From the NCBI GenBank assembly GCA_023920165.1, contig CP089274.1, positions 4,836,001-4,900,000 of the forward strand: a stretch of DNA of 64,000 bases, read 5' to 3'. Under the pieces are notes generated by a model. It worked only from the letters and a program-made list of their open reading frames with translations, did not search any database and was not told the origin of the DNA. Below are positions 59,898 through 64,000 of the stretch, piece by piece (the stretch's first letter is position 1; each line of letters opens with the position of its first letter). The translations under genes and the position numbers were made by a program. This DNA is from Curvularia clavata. Its lineage: Eukaryota.

Positions 59898-62800
59898 TCA
59901 TAGCCTCAGCTCCGAAAGAATGGTCTGGGCCATGTTCTTGTACTGCCAGGTCCCTCCGTCTACCTTCTTAAACTGGATACCATGTAATGTCAACAGCGGA
60001 ACTTTGACAATTAGAATCTCAAACACAAGATTCATGCTAGAACCCATATCACTCTGAACATGCGTTGACGTCTCGCCGGCAGGTACTGCTCGTCGTGGTC
60101 GTCGCTCGTCACGGTCTTCGCTGCCATCAGACTCATCTGTGTTTGTGTAGCTGCGGTCTGCGGGGGATGGGCGTGAGCGTGACTTTGGTGTGCTGGGATT
60201 GCGGTTCTGATCCCGGAATTCGTCACGCTCTTTATCGCCGCCCATAAAGCCTCCAAAGCTAATCCTCCTCTTGTGTCCACCAGGTGGTGATGCAGGCGCG
60301 TCCATTGCCCTGTTCATATCGATACTGGGCGAGTGTCGGCATCTGAATCCACCTTTGATTTCACTCCATTCCACGCCAAGTTGATCCAGCACCCTGATCA
60401 AGTCATCTTGGATAACGGCAAGTGGCTTTGTGCTGGTAGTGGAGACGCTGAAAAGACCCTTGAGAAAGACAGGCTTGACAGCGTCTGGGCTCCGACTGGC
60501 TTCTGCTTGTGCCTCTGCAAGCTCTGCGTCCGTCTCTTCGGGCACATTCGCTTCTTTTGCTTGTTCCCTCTTAGCTCTCCGAGCTTGTATGCTTTCTCTT
60601 CGCGCATGGCCTAACGACTTCGCCCGCGAGGTCTGACTTTGCCGTGAGCCCGAAGAAAGTTCGTCGGAAGCAGCATCGTTGGCCGCTCGAGCTTTGTGTG
60701 CACTCATATCTGATCTGTCGGATCCACTCGTGGGTGGTGGGTTTCCAGGATCTTCCGAGGACCGTCCACGTCGGCTGAGTCGTCTCCGCAGGTCTGCCGA
60801 GTTGACACTAGTCGAGCGACCGAGTGCCTTAAGTTTGCGGGCAGCAGTGTTGCCAGTACTAGGGGGCGAGAGTAACTCGGGCTGGTTGGTAGCGCTTGCA
60901 GGAAGATGTGACGCTGATCCTGCATCGCGGTCGCGTGCCCGTCGAATACTGAAGCTCTTTCTTGGCGCCGAGGTTGAGGGTGCAGAGACTGCCTCAGGAG
61001 GACCAGAGATGGCAACGGCTGGAGTAGCAGGTGGTGGTGGTAGCGTATCAACCTTTTCCCTGTCATGGCTCCGGTATTTCCTAGTACTGAAGCGACGTAA
61101 CAGACCAGCGGCAGCTCCTTCCTTCTTCTGCTGCTCGACTTGAGGTGGGAGAACTGGTGGTAGGTTGTTCAAGTCTACCCTTTTTAGGCTGTCAGTAATG
61201 TCGTCCTCGCCATGTGTCCTCGCTCTGGGCCGTGATCTTCCGCCTGTAGGCTTCTCGCCTGCCATTTCATAGGTTGCTGAGTTGGTATACGCAGCTGGAG
61301 GAGCGGGAAGGTCTGGCATCTTCAGCGGCTTCTCTTCTGGGGCCGCCTGGGGCATGGCGGCAGGGCCAGGGTCTGCTTCAAGCCGCTCCCGTTCCATTTT
61401 CTCCTTGACGAGGAAGTAAACCGACAGAAGGGGGCTGTAAGCATTCACGGGATCCATGCCTCTCTGGATGTCCTCAGAAGACGAAGCTGTCAATTGCTCC
61501 CTACTGCCGATTGAGTTCCGTCTCTTGTAAAAGTCAAACATGCCCCTCTTCTTCTCCAAATCGGGTGTCTGTGCAGTAGTCTTACGGGCTGCTAGTCGCA
61601 CAGCACGCTGGTAATCTTCCGACTGAATCAGGTTGGTCAGTTGGGCGGTGATGTACTCAGGGGTTCCGAAATCGAAGCCGTGCATCTTCTCAATAACCTC
61701 GCTGTCTAGCGGCAGTTGGATTGGTTCTCGGTGAGGCAGGTAGTTTTCTGGAGGGCTGTTGAACCCCTTGGTCAGCCAGGGATGGACCATGATTTCCGAA
61801 AGTGTCAGTCGCTGTGTTGGATCTGTTTGCAACATGCGGTGAATTAAATTGCGACATTCTGTGCGAGTTTTAGTATGGCATGCATTGTCAACTGTGTGCA
61901 ACAACATACCGGTAGACAACCAGGGTGGATAGTCGACATGTCCCTTTTTGATTTTTGCGTGCAGCTGGGGCATGCTCTGATCGTCGAATGGCACTTTACC
62001 GCATACGAGGACATAGAGGACGATACCAAAACTCCAGACGTCGACTTCCGGGCCAGTATATTGCTTGGCCTGGAGAAGCTCGGGGGCGGCAAAGTACAAG
62101 CTTCCACAAAACGTTTTCAGCTGGTTACGGGGGGAGAAGAGGTTGCTCAGTCCAAAGTCAATAATTTTGATGTCGCCCATTTTGCTGATGAGAATGTTCT
62201 CAATCTTGAGATCGCGGTGGACGATGCTGTTTCTGTGGCAGTAGTCGAGGGCGCTAGCTATCTGGCGGGCAAACTTGCGAGCCTGCTTCTCCTTGAGGCG
62301 ACCATGCGAAATGATGTAGTCGAGCATCTGACCACCATTGACGTACTCAAACATCATGTACCAGTGGTAGTTTGTTCGGACGACATCTTTCATGCCGCAG
62401 ATGTAGGGATGGCTGAGGAGGCTGACGATGGCGGCCTCCCTGGCGGTGCGGACTTCCTTGGAGTGGTCGGCTCGTTCGCGGTCAGCGGCGCTCTGGTGCT
62501 GGTCCTGGGACTGTCGAGGCACGATCTTGACAGCGGCCTAGAAAGGATTAGCATTGTCCCTTGCATGATTGACGCAGCCAGCGGAATGGTGCAGCCAAGC
62601 CAATGCCCCCCCATTGAACCATGTGGCAACGAAACAAAGGGTACACACCTGTTCTCCTGTATCTACGTTCTTGGCCAGCTTGACCTTGCCCATGCTGCCA
62701 GCGCCGATTGTCTTGCCTAGTGCCCATGTTCCTGTGGTCGGGGCGGTGATGGTTGTCCTGCGCTTGTTGACGGGCTGGGGCTGCATTGTGCGGGCATCGA

Positions 62801-63113
62801 CAGCTACGCCATTGATGGGCATTGCGGAAGCCGTCGACGCGTCAGACGCATACCGCGAATGGCTTCGTCGGCTAGAGTCCGGGCGAGACTGGTCGTCGGG
62901 GCGGCGGACGGGGGGCTGTTCGTGGGCGAGGTTGCTCTGCTCGTAGTCACGACGGGTGACGTTGTTCAGGGCAGGCTGGTGATGGCGGGAGTTTGCGTGG
63001 GCGCTGGGGCGGCTGGCGGTGCTGTGGGAGCGATTGGGCCTGTCTCCAGACCGGCGCGAGGTGGATGATGTGCGCACGACAGCAGGCGAAGTTGGGGCAG
63101 CAGCCGACGACAT
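59898..63113 (-). CDS. KIN1: Kin1/Par-1/MARK-family Ser/Thr kinase with C-terminal KA1 domain
   Basis: 'LGKTIGAGSMGKVKLA', 'HRDLKIEN', 'DFGLSN', 'FCGSLYFAAPE', 'VFLKGLFSVSTTS', KA1 'LHGIQFKKVDGGTWQYKNMA'. Two introns. Confidence 0.95.
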
Positions 63114-64000
63114 GGCGAGGATGGTGGTGTCGGCCGTACAGGCAATGCAGGGAGCAGCGGTGGGCCTGCGAGAGACTGGCGCACTGGGCGTTGGGCGAGC
63201 GCAGGACTCGACCACGTCGGGCCTATGGCAGAGAGAGTGACGAGATTACAGCGACAGTGCTCGTGGGCTCGTGTGGGTACGGTACAGAGGATATGGCGGC
63301 GGGTGGGTTGCAAGAGGCTAGGGGCCGATGCTACCACAGCCGTCGTCGTTGTCGTCGTCGTCGTCGCGGACGCGGGAACTTGGCACGCCTTCAGACGGCG
63401 TGTTGGGCGGTGCTGGGGGCAGATGTCGGTCCCGGGGCAGCAGCCGGCAGCAGGCACAGCAGACGCAGGGCCGAGGAGGGCGAGGGCGACGAGAGCATGT
63501 AGGGGCGTCTTCTTCCCGCCTAGCGCATGGGCGTCGTCGTCGTCGTCGTCGTCGTCTTGTTGTCGGCGTGGTGGTGATGGTTGTTATCTCATCGCCCGCC
63601 GGCCTGCCTACTACCTGCCTGCCTGCCTGCCTGGCGCAATGCCCAGCGACTAGCCCGGTACGTAGAGGCCCGCCCACTCCTTTGGGCTGCATACTAGTGG
63701 GGTACAAGAGGCTCTCCTCCTCGAGACACTTGCATCCACGACCTGCCTTAAACGCATCACATCCAATGCACATAGTATACAGCGCATTCGCCTGCCCCGA
63801 CCGTGCGCCTGTCCCTCGACCACCCAACAAAACACTGCCATGGCCGTGCCTACATGCGACATCAGGGTCCCTGGCCTTGGCTTGGCCACGATACCTGCCG
63901 TCCCTTGCGTGCCAGGCACGGCACTACATCATCGGGCCCACTTGTGCCCTCTAGCTCCCTCTTGTCAACGGCATTCAATCTGCCTGGTATCCATCCATGT

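Noticed and set aside
62966..63954. Many overlapping ORFs and GTC/GCCT microsatellites upstream of KIN1
   Set aside because: GC-rich 5' leader/promoter sequence with low-complexity translations and no coding signal.

Overview
Eukaryotic DNA from a filamentous ascomycete (short GT-AG introns with CTAAC/CTGAC branch sites; gene content suggests a Dothideomycete/Pleosporales, which is an inference). Most of the window is conserved housekeeping genes: a partial fungal transcription factor, a paxillin-like LIM protein, a WHIM1/PHD chromatin protein, CCH1, CEF1, two Zn2Cys6 regulators, eIF3h, a zinc-finger/GST locus, TMA20, SGT2, TIM54, CDC9, MIX23, RPL1, CAF40 and KIN1. The standout is a ~6.26 kb element (49217-55480) between MIX23 and RPL1. 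It is bounded by ~550-bp terminal inverted repeats and flanked by TA on both sides. It has no transposase, and its only cargo is an intact HET-NACHT-WD40 (HNWD-type) fungal NLR with 12 internally conserved, mosaic, partly RIP-marked WD40 repeats. This looks like an immune/allorecognition receptor packaged as a non-autonomous Tc1/mariner-pogo-like transposon. Secondary points: an array of PxIxIT-like motifs in the LIM protein, a WRKY/GCM1-like zinc-finger-GST locus with a possible alternative start inside a long intron, dual-start CDC9 with MCB boxes, and a 4-nt microexon. All alignments and splice sites were read by eye; no database searches were run.
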